A program made the translations under genes and the position numbers. The notes under the pieces were generated by a model. The model had not been told where the DNA came from, made no database searches, and saw only the letters and a list, made by a program, of their open reading frames with translations. From NCBI GenBank assembly GCA_964016885.1, contig OZ024741.1, positions 157,418,001-157,482,000 of the forward strand: a stretch of DNA of 64,000 nucleotides. The letters run 5' to 3'. This document shows positions 40,551 to 52,656 of this stretch, one piece after another; positions within the stretch are counted from its first letter, which is position 1; every line of letters begins with the position of its first letter. This DNA is from Eledone cirrhosa. Its lineage: Eukaryota.

Positions 40551-42133
40551 TTATCTGGTGGGCTCTTAGAAAACTAGGCGTTGACGAATGGCTTGTGAGG
40601 GCTATACAAGCCATGTATAAAGAAACAGTCAGCAAGGTTAGAATTAACAACGAATATAGTGAAGAGTTTAGCGTAAAAGTTGGCGTCCATCAGGGCTCTG
40701 TTCTCAGCCCCCTACTATTTATTATTGCCCTTCAGGCTATAACAGAGGAGTTCAAGACAGGCTGCCCATGGGAACTCCTATACGCAGACGACCTGACACT
40801 CATAGCGGAATCAATGGCTGAGCTAGAGAAGAAATTCCAAACATGGAAGCACGGCCTAGAGTCAAAAGGACTTAAAATTAACCTGGCTAAGACCAAAGTT
40901 CTAGTTTGTAGGAAAGAAAACAAGGCGGCGGTCCCTTCTGGGAAATGGTCGTGCTCGGTGTGTAGGAAAGGCGTAGGTAGAAACTCCATTTTATGTCCCA
41001 AATGCAAAGTATGGGTGCATAAAAGATGTAGTGGGATCACAGGTAAGCTAACTAAGAACATAGATTTTACATGTGGCCGGTGTTCTGGTGCAATAAGTAG
41101 CAGCAAGTGCCCACAAAATACTAGCTCTTTCAATTGCGCAGAGGGTTCTATAGAAATAGTGGACAGCTTCCGTTACCTGGGCGATAAAATCAGCAGTGGG
41201 GGAGGGTGCTCTGAAAGTACTGTAGCTAGAGTCAGAACTGGTTGGAAAAAGTTCAGAGAGCTTATACCACTATTAGCTGCTAAAGGGTTCTCCCTAAAAA
41301 TGAAAGGCAGGTTGTACGATGCCTGCATACGAACAGCAATGTTGCATGGCAGTGAGACCTGGGCATTGTGTGCAGAGGATATACGCAGACTAGAGAGGAA
41401 CGAAGCTTGCATGCTCCGCTGGATGTGTAACAGTAATATACGTGAACGGCAAAGCAGAAACGAACTAAGGAAAAAATTAGAGATAAGAGGGATCAGATGT
41501 TGTTTACTCGAGAGAAGGCTACGTTGGTATGGACACGTGATGCGCATGAAAGTCGATAGCTGTATAACAAAGTGCAGGGCAATAAAGATAGACGGTAGTC
41601 ACGGAATAGGCAGACCTAGAAAAACCTGGGACGAGCTGATAAACTCCGACATCACACACTTACACCTCTCCAAGACAATGTCACTGGACCGAGACCTTTG
41701 GCGGTACTCAGTAACAGAGAAGACCCGCCTTACCTAAATATATAGTAAAACCTACTCCAGCCAGTAGGCATCTCTAACAAAATACACCCCGTCCCACCAC
41801 CACCACCCCCACCCCATCCACACCACCCCGTTCTATGTAAAGTTATGTTGGTGCCGCGCCATCCAGGCCGAAACAAATGAGATCGTGTAGGTGTCACGAC
41901 AAAAAAACACACAGTCCACGCTGTAATGTGGCCGTGTAGGCAACACGGTAAAAACCTCCCAGACCCACACTGTAAATGTGGTTGGTGTTAGGAAGGGCAT
42001 CCAACTGTAGAAAACCTGCCAGACAGTCCTATGCGAGCAAGACAATCACTCTTGCCTCAAGTGGGACTACCCCCGTCCAAACCCATGCAAGCGTGGAACA
42101 CGGACGTTAAACGTTGATGATGATGATGATGAT
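40551..42133 (+). mobile_element. RTE-clade LINE, subfamily 1, 5'-truncated, uninterrupted C-terminal frame (40595-41737)
   Basis: [17 protein letters not shown]-type finger, RRLRWYGHV; 3'UTR and (GAT)n tail. Confidence 0.93.
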
Positions 42134-42423
42134 ATATAATTATCATCATCAGGTATCTCTTCTTTATTTTGATTTTGAGCAAGAATAGTCATTGAGAAGG
42201 TCACAGAATGTGTGGCAACAGTGCTTTAACAGTTAAATAACCATCCAGTTAATAAACTAACTGAGGAATGGATTAGTCACCTAACTAATAATAAAACTGA
42301 AGAACTTATGTATGTTATTATTGGCAGCATGACTCTACCAAAGTAAAACAATTTCGGTTTCAAATTACCCTTTCACAACTATCTTGCAAAACAAATATAA
42401 AAATATATAAAGATATGCATGTG

Positions 42424-42459
<36 letters not shown>

Positions 42460-42461
<2 letters not shown>

Positions 42462-42738
42462 TTTATTTTTTCCGTTCTTTGCCAGGGAACGTTTCCACGA
42501 ACCAAAGTATCATCTACCTGTCTTCCTTCGGTTGCAACGTTTTTTTAAATATTTTAAATATTTACTTCTGCGTTCACAGATTGACTTTTTTAGTTTCAGA
42601 AGATCCCGCTAAGCAATTCTTTGCTTAAACTTTAATCTGTTATTTTAATAAATATTTGCTCTACGGTTCTTATATATTTGATATATATTTATCCTTATCG
42701 AGCCATCTTTGGATTTTAGTCTTCAAATTTATTATTAT

Positions 42739-42742
<4 letters not shown>
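42460..42742 (+). mobile_element. pLTR-like repeat (family E)
   Basis: Homologous to 14389-14545 and 59793-59949; TA-flanked. Confidence 0.65.
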
Positions 42743-42804
<62 letters not shown>

Positions 42805-42807
<3 letters not shown>

Positions 42808-43007
42808 GGCAACACGGTAAAAACCTCCCAGCCCCACACTGTAAATGTGGTTGGCGTTAGGAAGGGCATCCAACTGTAGAAAACCCGCCAGACAGTCCTA
42901 TGCGAGCAAGACAACCACTCTTGCCTCAAGTGGGAAAACCCCCGTCCAAACCCATGCAAGCGTGGAACACGGACGCTAAACCTGATGATGATGATGATGA
43001 TGATGAT
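42805..43007 (+). mobile_element. RTE subfamily-1 3'UTR fragment
   Basis: Near-identical to 22853-23058. Confidence 0.85.
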
Positions 43008-43145
43008 ATGTATGCAAAGGTTATATTTAATTTGTTGGAATTCAACAAACTTAAAAGTTTTATAACTGATATAAAGCACTCAACAGTTTGGTGGAGTAAA
43101 TATTCATTATATTAATAATGGAAACTATATTTATAAAACCATAAT

Positions 43146-43211
43146 TATTTTATTATATATATTTCAAGGGCAACCAAGGCAAATTTTGGTGCGCTTTCAT
43201 CAGATAAAATA
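43146..43211 (-). ncRNA. Type I minimal hammerhead motif (family A) in element 43010-43278
   Basis: Minus strand: TATTTTAT-CTGATGA-[A AGCGCACCAAAATTTGCCTTGGTTGCCCT T]-GAAA-TATATA-TA-ATAAAATA. Confidence 0.78.
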
Positions 43212-43333
43212 CAAAATTTGTTTTATAAATGTTGACATACCCGCAGAAGCACAACCTTGACGGTTGGAGGTTCGCTGGATATATATATATATATAGAACA
43301 AGGAATTAGTAAGGCATCAAACCACAATTTATT

Positions 43334-43427
43334 AACATATTACATATGTTTCTCTGTCAATCAGCTCAAGGCAGGATCTGTTACAGATCGAACCCGACTC
43401 TGCATTCGAAGGTTCTTCAGATATGTC
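43334..43427 (-). ncRNA. Hammerhead motif with a long stem II (family C)
   Basis: Reverse complement of 43569-43662. Confidence 0.65.
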
Positions 43428-43568
43428 TTGTGTATTCAAACATCACAGCTGTTCTATCCTTAGCACATAATAGCACCCTGTTATTTCATTCAAAACAATG
43501 AAAAGGCTGAAATAACAGGGTGCTATTATGTGCTAAGGATAGAACAGCTGTGATGTTTGAATACACAA

Positions 43569-43662
43569 GACATATCTGAAGAACCTTCGAATGCAGAGTC
43601 GGGTTCGATCTGTAACAGATCCTGCCTTGAGCTGATTGACAGAGAAACATATGTAATATGTT
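43569..43662 (+). ncRNA. Hammerhead motif with a 61-nt stem II (family C)
   Basis: GACATAT-CTGAAGA-[61 nt]-GAAA-CATATG-TA-ATATGTT. Confidence 0.65.
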
Positions 43663-43872
43663 AATAAATTGTGGTTTGATGCCTTACTGATTCCTCGTTC
43701 TTTATACTAGTACACTCTGCTCTGCGCGAGCATCGAGTGCTCAACTGGCATACCACCTACAGACGCATTTACCTGCAACCCTACAACAACTATACATCTT
43801 GGAAGTTGTTTTTCGCTAATTTCCAATAGCCGAAATACGATTCTCGCTAATTTATATATATATATATATATA

Positions 43873-44165
43873 TGAAAAAGTATGACATCGACGGCAGAGC
43901 TCAAGCCGTTTCGATGGCTATTTCCAATAGCCGAAATATGATTCTCGCTAATTTATATATATATATATATATGAAAAAGTATGACCCCGACGGCAGAGCT
44001 CAAGCCGTTTCGACGACTAATTCTGCTGTCCAGAAATAGCCATCAAAACGGCTTGAGCTCTGCCGTCGGGTTCATGCTTTTTCCTATTTACCACTCTACT
44101 TCCCTAAGTATTGAGTACTCTGGTGCGTTATGGTCCATCTGGTACCTTACCACAATTCCTTTGTT
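43873..44165. mobile_element. pLTR-like element (family B), palindrome 43973-44083, with a local tandem duplication upstream
   Basis: Homologous to 20764-20930 and 58876-59068. Confidence 0.75.
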
Positions 44166-44180
44166 TATATATATATATAT

Positions 44181-44524
44181 ATCATCATCATCATCATTTC
44201 ATTTTACGTCCGCTTTTCCCTGCTTGCAAGGGTGGGACGGGAACCGATTCTGGCTTGATTTCTACAGCTGGATGCCCTTCCTAACACCAACCTCATTTAC
44301 AGTGAGTGCTGGGTGCTTTTTTGCCGTGGCACCTGCACGACCACTTTGCAGTGGAATGATAGGGACCCTAGTCCCTATCATCTCATTTCTACAGCTGAGT
44401 AAACTGGAGCAATGTGAAATAAAGTGTCTTGCTCAAGGAAACAACACATCACCCAGTCTGAGAATTGAACTCACAACCTTTCGATTGCAAGGCCAATGCT
44501 CTAACCACTAAGCCACGTACCTCC
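44181..44524 (-). mobile_element. tRNA-derived SINE, full length
   Basis: Homologous to 17269-17601; tail matches LINE 47331-47383. Confidence 0.88.
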
Positions 44525-44536
44525 ATATATATATAT

Positions 44537-47383
44537 AGGTAGGAGACTACTGACAATCATCTCGGAATCGAATAATTAAGCTTAGATTAGTTGTAGGTAG
44601 GAGACTACTGACAATCATCTCGGTCTATGCTCCCCAAGCAGGCCTAGGCAAAGATGAGAAAGACTGCTTTTATGAGCAACTTTTGCAAACAACCACAATG
44701 ACAGAGGACGGAGACATCGTTATGCTAGCAGGAGACTTCAATGGTCATGTTGGACAGCTCCAGGATGGTTACACTGGGGTACATGGTGGGCACGGTTACG
44801 GTTCAAGAAATGAAGAAGGAGTGAGACTTCTTGAATTTTGTGATGCAAGTACATTGACTATTTGCAACACAAACTTCCAGAAACCTGCCAATCACCTAAT
44901 AACCTACAAATCTGGTGAGCACATAAGCCAGATTGACTTCCTGCTAGTTAGGCAGCGGGACAGGCAGATAGTGTCTAATACCAAGGCATACCCTGGGGAA
45001 AAATGTACCCCACAGCATAGGTTAGTTGTTAGTGATATCTCAGTAAGCAAGAGATGGAATGAGACATATAGGAAGGTGTGGAGAAGAAAGGTCTGGAAGC
45101 TAAAAGACCTTTCACTAAAATTCAAATTTAGGAAAGCCCTTCAAGATGTATATGACGAAAAAGAAGACGATTTAGAGACGTATGACATAGATAATAACTG
45201 GAAGTTCTTACGTGACAACTTGCTGCAGGCTACTGATGAAACCTGTGGCTGGAGCAGAGCTCCAACCAGACAGAGAGTGACCTGGTGGTGGAACAGCACA
45301 GTAGATAAGGCTATTAGAGACAAAAGACTAGCATGGAAGGCTTGGAAAAAGGGTGGGAGTAGGGAAGAATATACAGCCACTAAGAGAGAAGCTAGACGTC
45401 AGGTGTACTTAGCACGCAGGGAGGCAGAGAGTAGGAGGTTTGCCAATGTTCTGCGACGGGAAGATCAGAGGCGTGCGGTGTTCCACATTGCAAGGCAGTG
45501 TGTCAATGCAAATCAGGATGTTGTTGGAGATAAATGTGTCCGGGATGATGCCGGTGTACTTAGTGTCACGAATGACCAGAAAAAGGAGGCCTGGAAATGT
45601 CATTATGAGAGACTGATGAATGTGGAGAACGAATGGGAGAGAGAGAAATTACCCTTGGTAGATCCGACAGAGGGACCAGCTATTGAGATTGACGAATATA
45701 GGGTCCAAGAGGCGATTAGGGAAATGAAAAATGGTAAGGCGGCCGGACCATCGGGAATAGTTGCTGAGATGCTGAAGGCATCAGGGGACATAGGCACTAA
45801 ACTGGTTGCACGCATCATCAATCAGGCTATATATGGTGGTGTCATACCCAAAGACTGGTGCAGCAGTATTCTCATAAATTGCTACAAAGGTAAAGGGGAT
45901 GCTTTGGAGAGGAGCAATTATAGGGGTATAAAACTGATAGATCAGGTTATGAAAGTGGCAGAAAGGATTTTAGCACAACTAATTAGAGAAAGGGTCAAAC
46001 TAGATGAGATGCAGTTTGGTTTTGTGCCTACAAAAGATTCTACAACAGATTCCCTCTTCTTGGTGAGACAAATGCAAGAGAGGTTCTTAGAGAAGAATAA
46101 GCCACTATACTTAGCCTTTGTTGACCTAGAGAAGGCCTTTGATAGGGTACCCCGATCTGTCATCTGGTGGTCCCTAAGGAAGCTAGGTGTTGAGGAATGG
46201 CTTGTGAGGACAGTGCAAACTTTGTACAGAGGTACTCTCAGTAAAGTCAGGGTAGGAATGGAGTTTAGTGAGGAATTCCAGATACAAGTAGGAGTACATC
46301 AGGGTTCGGTCTTCAGCCCGCTCTTGTTCATTATAGTCCTCCAAGCCATAACAGAGGAGTTTAAGACTGGCTGTCCATGGGAACTTCTCTATGCTGACGA
46401 TCTGGCTCTTATAGCAGAATCAGTAGAGGAGCTAGAGAATAAATTCCGGCTATAGAAACAGCAGTTGGAAGCAAGAGGACTGAGAGTAAATCTAGCTAAG
46501 ACAAAAGTGTTGATGAGTAGAAAAGAGGACAAAACCCTGATTCCGTCAGGGAAATGGCCATGTTCGATATGCAGAAAAGGAACTGGCATAAATTCTATAA
46601 AATGCACACAATGCAGGTCCTGGGTACACAAGAGATGTAGCGGGATAGCAGGCAAACTAACAGGTAGGGAGAAATATGTATGCAGTAGATGTACAGGGAA
46701 ATTAGACAGTAGAAGTCGCACTGATAGACACATTTTTCAAATGCGAGAGGGCGCTATAGAAGTGGTGGATAGCTTCCGGTACCTAGGAGATCAGATTAGC
46801 ATGGGAGGAGGGTGTTCCGAGGCCATAGTATCTAGAATAAGGACGGGTTGGAAGAAGTTTAGGGAGCTGCTTCCTCTGTTGACGAAGAAGGGTTTCTCCC
46901 TGCGTACGAAAGGCCGGTTGTATGATGCCTGTGTGAGGAGCGCGATGCTGCATGGTAGTGAGACATGGGCAGCAACCGCAGAGGATATGCGACGGCTGGA
47001 GAGAAATGAGGCAAGCATTCTCCGTTGGATGTGCAGTGTAAATGTGCGTGAACGACCCAGCATAAATGTGTTGAGAGAGAAACTGTGTCTGAGAGGGATA
47101 GAATGTAGTGTACGGGAGAGGAGACTGAGGTGGTATGAACATGTGATGCGCATGGAGGATGACCGATGGGTGAAGAAGTGCCAGGAAATGCCAGTTGAAG
47201 GAAGACGTGGTAGAGGTAGACCACGAAAAACATGGGCGGAGATGGTGAGAACAGACCTCAGATCATTGAAGCTCACGGTGGAGATGACGAGGGACCGTGA
47301 CGAGTGGAGAGATGCTGTGCTGAATAAGACCCGTCCCACCCTTGCAAGCAGGGAAAAGCGGACGTAAAATGATGATGATGATG
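44537..47383 (+). mobile_element. RTE-clade LINE, subfamily 2, truncated within the APE domain
   Basis: ORFs 44683-46455 and 46465-47367 are in the same frame, separated by one TAG; ORF runs into the terminal recognition tail and (GAT)n. Confidence 0.93.
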
Positions 47384-47707
47384 ATATATATATATATATA
47401 ATACATATAAAATTAAGAAGTGATATATCAAATAACCATTATTATTAATGACAAGCTGGCTAGATTGGCAGCTATGGTGGTGGTCGTGGCAGTTATGGTG
47501 GTGAGGATAATGATGATGAGAAACATGATATCTTTTCAACATATATGATGATTAAAGTCTATGAGCAATTAACTGATAAAGCTTCTTGTGCAGTGCGTGT
47601 ATGTGTGCATGCACATCTGTGTGTGATTATCTGTCCACTGTTCATCTTCCCTTTATCAGTTAGGAAAAAAATTCAAAAAAATATATATACAAATAAAGCA
47701 TATTAGA

Positions 47708-47924
47708 ATAAAGAAAGTGCTCAACAGAAATGCTATAAAGATAGATTATAAAACAGCGTAGACACCATTAAAAGACAGAAAAAGAAGTTACCATCAGCTA
47801 CTATGAGGAAGTGAACCCTATATATTCCAGATACCAGCTGACATCTTTTTCCGTTTTTTAAGGGTCTTCACCCTATTTTATAAGCTATCTTTATAGCGTT
47901 TCAGCGCTTGAGCACTTTCTTTAT
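47708..47924. repeat. Imperfect inverted repeat (~80-bp arms)
   Basis: ATAAAGAAAGTGCTCAA...GCTATAAAGATAG vs CTATCTTTATAGC...TTGAGCACTTTCTTTAT. Confidence 0.7.
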
Positions 47925-48066
47925 ACATACACATATATATAAATATATATATATATGCAGAGGTTATATTTAATTTGTTGGGATTCAACAAGCTATCCAT
48001 CGAATTTCAACCGTTAAGGTTGTCTTTTATCCGGGTGTATCAATATTTATTTATAAAACAAATCTG

Positions 48067-48132
48067 TATTTTACCTGATGAAAGCGCACCATAATCTACC
48101 TTGGTTGCCCTTGAAATATATATAATAAAATA
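48067..48132 (+). ncRNA. Type I minimal hammerhead motif (family A) in element 47955-48172
   Basis: TATTTTAC-CTGATGA-[A AGCGCACCATAATCTACCTTGGTTGCCCT T]-GAAA-TATATA-TA-ATAAAATA. Confidence 0.72.
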
Positions 48133-48189
48133 ATTATGGTTTTATAAATATAGTTTCCATTTATTAATATATTGTATATATATATATAT

Positions 48190-48531
48190 ATCATCATCAT
48201 CATCATCATTTTACGTCCGCTTTTCCCTGCTTGCAAGGGTGGGACAGGAACTGATTCTGGCTTGATTTCTACAGCTGGATTCCCTTCCTAACACCAACCT
48301 CATTTACAGTGAGTGCTGGGTGTTTTTTTTGCCGTGGCACCTCCACGATCACTTTGCAGTGGAATGATAGGGACCCTAGTCTTATCATCTCATTTCTGCA
48401 GCTGAGTAAACTAGAGCAATTTGAAATAAAGTGTCTTACTCAAGGAAACAACACATCACCCGGTCTGAGAATTGAACTCACAACCTTTCGATTGCAAGGC
48501 CAATGCTCTAACCACTAAGCCATGTGCCTCC
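48190..48531 (-). mobile_element. tRNA-derived SINE, full length
   Basis: Homologous to 17269-17601. Confidence 0.88.
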
Positions 48532-48533
48532 AT

Positions 48534-48830
48534 ATCATCATCATCATCACCGTTTTACGTCCGTTCTTCCACGCTAGCATGGGTTAGACGGGTTGTCCTG
48601 TTGTGGGCAGTGTCTGGTCGGCTGACCATGCCTTGCTCATACAGGAACTGATTTGGCTTGATTTCTACAGCTGGATGCCCTTCCTAACACCAACCTCATT
48701 TATAGTGAATGCTGGGTGCTTTTTCGTGGCGCCTACACGTCCACTTTACAGCGTGGGCTGGGTGCTTTTTTGCCGTGGCACCTCCACGACCACCTTGCGG
48801 TGGGGGGTGTGGGGGCATATTGTCTATATG
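48534..48830 (-). mobile_element. Related SINE/LINE 3' fragment with a different RTE-type tail
   Basis: Shares the GGAAGGGCATCCAGCTGTAGAAA module; tail AACCCATGCTAGCGTGGAAGAACGGACGTAAAACGG(TGA)n, also seen at 30307-30361. Confidence 0.65.
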
Positions 48831-50791
48831 CTTCAGCTTGTACCCATGGGAGGTCGGGTACTCTGTATTACTGCGTGACGCCAGAAGTATAAACACTTCA
48901 ACCCTTTTGTTACCATCTATTTCTAATGGAAGACTATTATTTTGAAAATATTCAAAAATTTAGAAAAATTTAGTAATATAACTAACTTTATCATTATTAA
49001 GCTGGTTACAATGGAAGGTTTTTAGATTTTAGATAAACAAATCATTTTAAAATAAACAGCTTTGTATTATAGAACGATGACCAGTTCCAGGCAGCTTGGC
49101 ATCAAAATATTGAAGTGAAATAGATTGTAAATATTTTGCGAAGCTTACCCCTGATACCGACAAATTTATAATTAAAAGTACTCTCGTCATGATCATCAAT
49201 TTTTCAAATGTAGCATAACTAGGGTTACACTATTGAATGTGTCATTCCTTTTGTTCTTGCTGTTGTTTATCCCTAGATCAGCCATAATTCAGACAGACCC
49301 ATGATTAAAGCTGTTACAGCCATAACCATCCTCTTAATATAGTATATTCAGAACTACATTATCCAATGTCTTTTTCACTTTTTAAAACAGTAGGTTATTA
49401 TTTGAGGGAGATTCAACTGCCATAGCTCTAATCCTCTCATTGCTCCCTAAAACATACTACATCTGGTACTTCCATATTTAAAAGTGTGGTGTAATTTGAG
49501 GGAGATTTGGTTGTTCTTTTGGTGCAGGTTTTCAGAATTGCTTATGTTGCATTTATAAAATTGACATATAGAGAATTGAAGGACAGTATTGAATGATTAG
49601 GTGTGATGGATAGTGTTTTATTATAGGATTATAGGTACATACTACAATAAACTAAGTCATTCAAGTTCAGAAGGAGTATATTGCAGTCATAACAAAACAT
49701 TTGATGTTTGTTTATCTAAAGTAGTGAGCAACTCTTGTCAAACATATGAATACATGTTTAGAGTTCACAGTAGACTGAGAATGATTCCTTCTCTCGATAC
49801 ATAATGTTTTATCAACACTTAGACGTGATGACCTCTTTCAAATGAAAGTATCCTTGAAGCAGAAGTAAGGAGATTTCATATCTGCATATCAAACAAAGGT
49901 AGGGAAATCTAATATGCCACACCGTATATGTGAGGGTGAAGCCCTATGTAAACATTACATCATGCAGTTTGGAAAATGAAATGAAATTCACAGCTCACAC
50001 CTATGTCAGTCTACCTGGCCTCCTATGAAGTTGTACCTCATAGATAGTTACTTAGGTATTTTAATGATAAGAGTCACAATCCTATCATGTTGTTGCTACA
50101 GCTTATACTTATGTAGATTTACCTGGCCTCCTGTGAGGTCATGGAAAGTAATGTGAAATGAATCATCTTGCTCAAGAACACATGTTGACCAGTCCAGGAA
50201 TAAAACCTACAGTAGTTTGATGAAGACAAATGACAAATAACATACTTATAAATAAAGTGTAGTTTGGTGTCAGGAAGAGCATTCATCTATTAAAAATCTG
50301 TCTCAAAAGGTTTTATGTAACCCATGGAAAAGCAGATGATGATGATTGTGTATGTTTTTATAAATTATATTTACCTACAATAAAAGGGACAGTACAAAAC
50401 GTCAACAACAATTCACAACCTGATGATGTGAGTGTAAAAGTCTAGAGATAATTATTGATTTAGGAACTTTGTTATTCCAAATAAACTGCAAGAGACTCAA
50501 GTAAATGCTAAATAAAACTTATATGGATGAGTGTGCTGTAGCCAAGGGTCCTAGAATATTTAAAGGGCTACAAAATATTTTTTTTTGCTGCTATAAATAA
50601 TATGCAAGGGGCTCTTGTTAAATTTTCAGCCAAACAATTTTCCCGTCATCCAACCTATACCAGTATGGAATGAGAATGTAAAATGATGGTGATGATACAT
50701 GTTCACTTGTAGCCAAATACATATACTCCCACACAGGTTTACATTACTCTTAATTTATTCCTAAATATCAGGAGACAATCAGATATGAAGG

Positions 50792-50972
50792 AGAACTGAA
50801 CTACCAGTAGACATAGTCAAACAGATGAACTGAACTACCAGCAGACGTAACAGACAAATGAACCGAATTACCATTAGGCGTCGTCAGACAGATAGCTAGC
50901 TGAACTACCAGTAGAAGTAGTCAGACAAATGAGCTGAACTACCAGTTAAGTTAGTCAGACAGATGAACTAAA
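50792..50972. repeat. Degenerate ~34-bp minisatellite, about 5 copies
   Basis: Unit approximately GAACTGAACTACCAGTAGACGTAGTCAGACAGAT. Confidence 0.75.
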
Positions 50973-51427
50973 TAGACATAGCAGTAGACCTAGCCAACTT
51001 TTGTCCTGAAACAATATACACTTTAACAGGAAACTTCAAAAACATTTCTCAACAATGGGACACTGGGTAGGTGACACAACTGATTTAAGTAACTTTCAGA
51101 CCACACTACAATACAATTGTTCTCAATATAACAGGAGAGCCAGTTATATGCAATACAACAATGTTTGTTGTATGAAAATATCGTCTTCAATATAAATACA
51201 AAATTTGAAATGTATGTATATACATATACATGGATGGCACTACTATTTAATCCAACTAGGCAGCCACCTAGAGTGAAAACCTCAGAAAGGTACATTACAG
51301 AACCTTAAACATCAAAGTCTTTTATACAAATTGGTATAATTGAACTGAATAAAAATTTCTGAGTTCAATACAAATTTGTATAATTAAATTGATTATAATT
51401 TTTGGTGATTGATAAAATAATCATTAA

Positions 51428-51646
51428 CCCTTTAATGTTCAAACTGGCCAAAACCGGCCAGAATTCTCTACCTCTTTCTGTTGAAACTGGGTGTAACTGG
51501 TCGCTCAAACTGATGTTAAGGTATTGTTCTCAAAATAAATACTTTCAAAATCTCATTGATTCGATATTTGTGAGATAATTATGTGAGGTAAAGCCTTTAC
51601 CATGAAAATATAATAGTATATATAGAGTAATGTGAATGCTAAAGGG
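51428..51646 (+). mobile_element. piggyBac-type MITE
   Basis: TTAA-CCCTTTA...TAAAGGG-TTAA; partial copy at 52150-52357. Confidence 0.78.
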
Positions 51647-52471
51647 TTAAACATGATTGCCATGTAGCAGTGTTGTTGAAGTATCCAAATTGGTTGTATG
51701 GAGTTGTAATATTTCACATGATTCAGCTTGGGTTAGCGTGGACTGTGTCGTGAAAAATGCAGGTTTAATAATTTTCTTAGTGTAGTCAGAGCAAGAAGTA
51801 TTGAAAACTAGACTTATCAGCTTACAAAACTGTAAATTAAAATTATTTTATTTGGGAGAATGATGCACATAACTGTAAGAAAGGGCACACATTCTAGGGA
51901 TAGACTAGAGCCCTAGATATGAAAGCACCAGCTTTGCACACACACTCACACACACACATTCATTCATAGGATATACCTTTGTTAGTTACAATGATGAATG
52001 CTTCAGTTATTTGAATAATGAACAGCATTACCCATGAAATTAACATGTAAGTGATTAAACATTCCACAGACATATGACAGGTCATTTGAATTTCACTTTA
52101 ACCAGCTGAGTGGACTGGAGCAATATGAAATAAAGTGTCTTCCTTAAAACCCTTTAGCATTTAAACCAGTTGTATTCGGTCAGAATTCTCTCACCTCTTT
52201 CTGTTCATACTGGCCATAACTGGCTACTCATACTGATGTTAAGGTATTTTTCTCAACATAGGTAATATCAAAATCTCATAGATTCGATAGAATGTGAAAT
52301 AATTATGTATGGTAAAGCCTTACCATGAAAATATAATAGTAAATATAGAATAATGTAAGGACTCAGTGCATTACTGGAAATCAAACACATGGCCCTACAA
52401 TTGTGAACCGAATAACCTAACCACTAAGCCACATGACTCCACTCACATATACATATACACACACATACACA

Positions 52472-52656
52472 TCAGTCTGTCAATGTACACACACACACAT
52501 GTACATGCATATATATTGTATGTATTATGCATACAAATATACATATTGTATGTATTATACCATTATACACACAATATGTATATTTGTATGCATAATACAT
52601 ACAATATATATGCATGTACATATGTACATGTGTGTGTGTGTACATTGACAGACTGA
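52472..52656. repeat. Fold-back palindrome of low-complexity sequence
   Basis: TCAGTCTGTCAATGTACAC ... GTGTACATTGACAGACTGA. Confidence 0.75.

Larger units (their letters stand above)
43295..43790. mobile_element. pLTR-like element (family C) as an inverted repeat, 194-bp arms
   Basis: Arms 43295-43488 and 43508-43701; 19-nt spacer; plus arm has a 3' extension. Confidence 0.85.

Noticed and set aside
50792-50972. ~34-bp repeats resembling CRISPR repeats or a coding repeat
   Set aside because: No spacers; unit length varies and is not consistently a multiple of three
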